From assembly GCA_951804945.1 (NCBI GenBank), contig OX638156.1:49166001-49230000 (forward strand): a stretch of DNA of 64,000 bases, written 5' to 3'. Under the pieces are notes generated by a model. That model was given only the letters and a program-made list of their open reading frames with translations, had not been told where the DNA came from and made no database searches. The translations under genes and the position numbers were made by a program. The DNA comes from Podarcis cretensis. Taxonomy: Eukaryota. Positions 63,635 through 64,000 of the stretch are shown here, one piece after another (positions within the stretch are counted from its first letter, which is position 1; each line of letters starts with the position of its first letter).

Positions 63635-63739
63635 GCTGCTTTAAACATGCTCACCAAATGCCAGTCACTCACGTATCCAGCTTATGGGATTCTGTGTGTT
63701 TGCATCCATCCTGGCTGGGTAAAAACTCAAGGCATGCAA
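63635..63739 (+). CDS. C-factor-like SDR exon 5 (last exon beyond window)
   Basis: ttgtag| AALNMLTKCQSLTYPAYGILCVCIHPGWVKTQGMQ |gtaagt. Confidence 0.92.
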
Positions 63740-64000
63740 GTAAGTGCTCAAGGCTTCTGGTAATCCTGGAAAAGGTGGGCTATAGGGCTATAGCACGATA
63801 TTTCTTTTAACAAATTGCTTGACATTTTTAGTTGGATGGTGGTGCCTGAGTAGCTCCAGTGCCCCATCCTTCACTGCTTGGAGGTATTAAAAGCACAAGA
63901 GCAAGGCAATGAAGGCAGCATCTATGAGTTGGTGCTTCTAATAATATCCAAAATTGCTCCTGGAAAAGCAAGCGTAGTCCTCTGAGGCCTTGCAGTGAAC

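Overview
Vertebrate genomic DNA, almost certainly from a squamate and probably a lacertid lizard, judging from the Sauria/POM-type SINEs and lizard-type MITEs. Positions 1 to ~54.2 kb hold RANBP10 on the + strand: 14 coding exons that I spliced by hand into one continuous frame (585 codons including the stop; the start codon lies upstream of the window) and a ~5.3 kb 3' UTR. From ~58.5 kb there are five exons of a C-factor/CsgA-like short-chain dehydrogenase/reductase on the + strand, truncated by the window end. The standout feature is a very young Ty1/copia LTR retrotransposon in RANBP10 intron 4 (24119-28451). It has 545-bp LTRs differing at only 4 sites, a 5-bp TSD, and a PBS matching the anticodon arm of tRNA-iMet. 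It keeps long Gag-protease and integrase ORFs but has no reverse transcriptase, and only eroded RNase H scraps remain. This suggests an RT-less, trans-mobilised lineage. The rest is intronic and intergenic DNA with SINEs, hAT and Tc1/pogo MITEs, and CR1, L2 and Penelope remnants.
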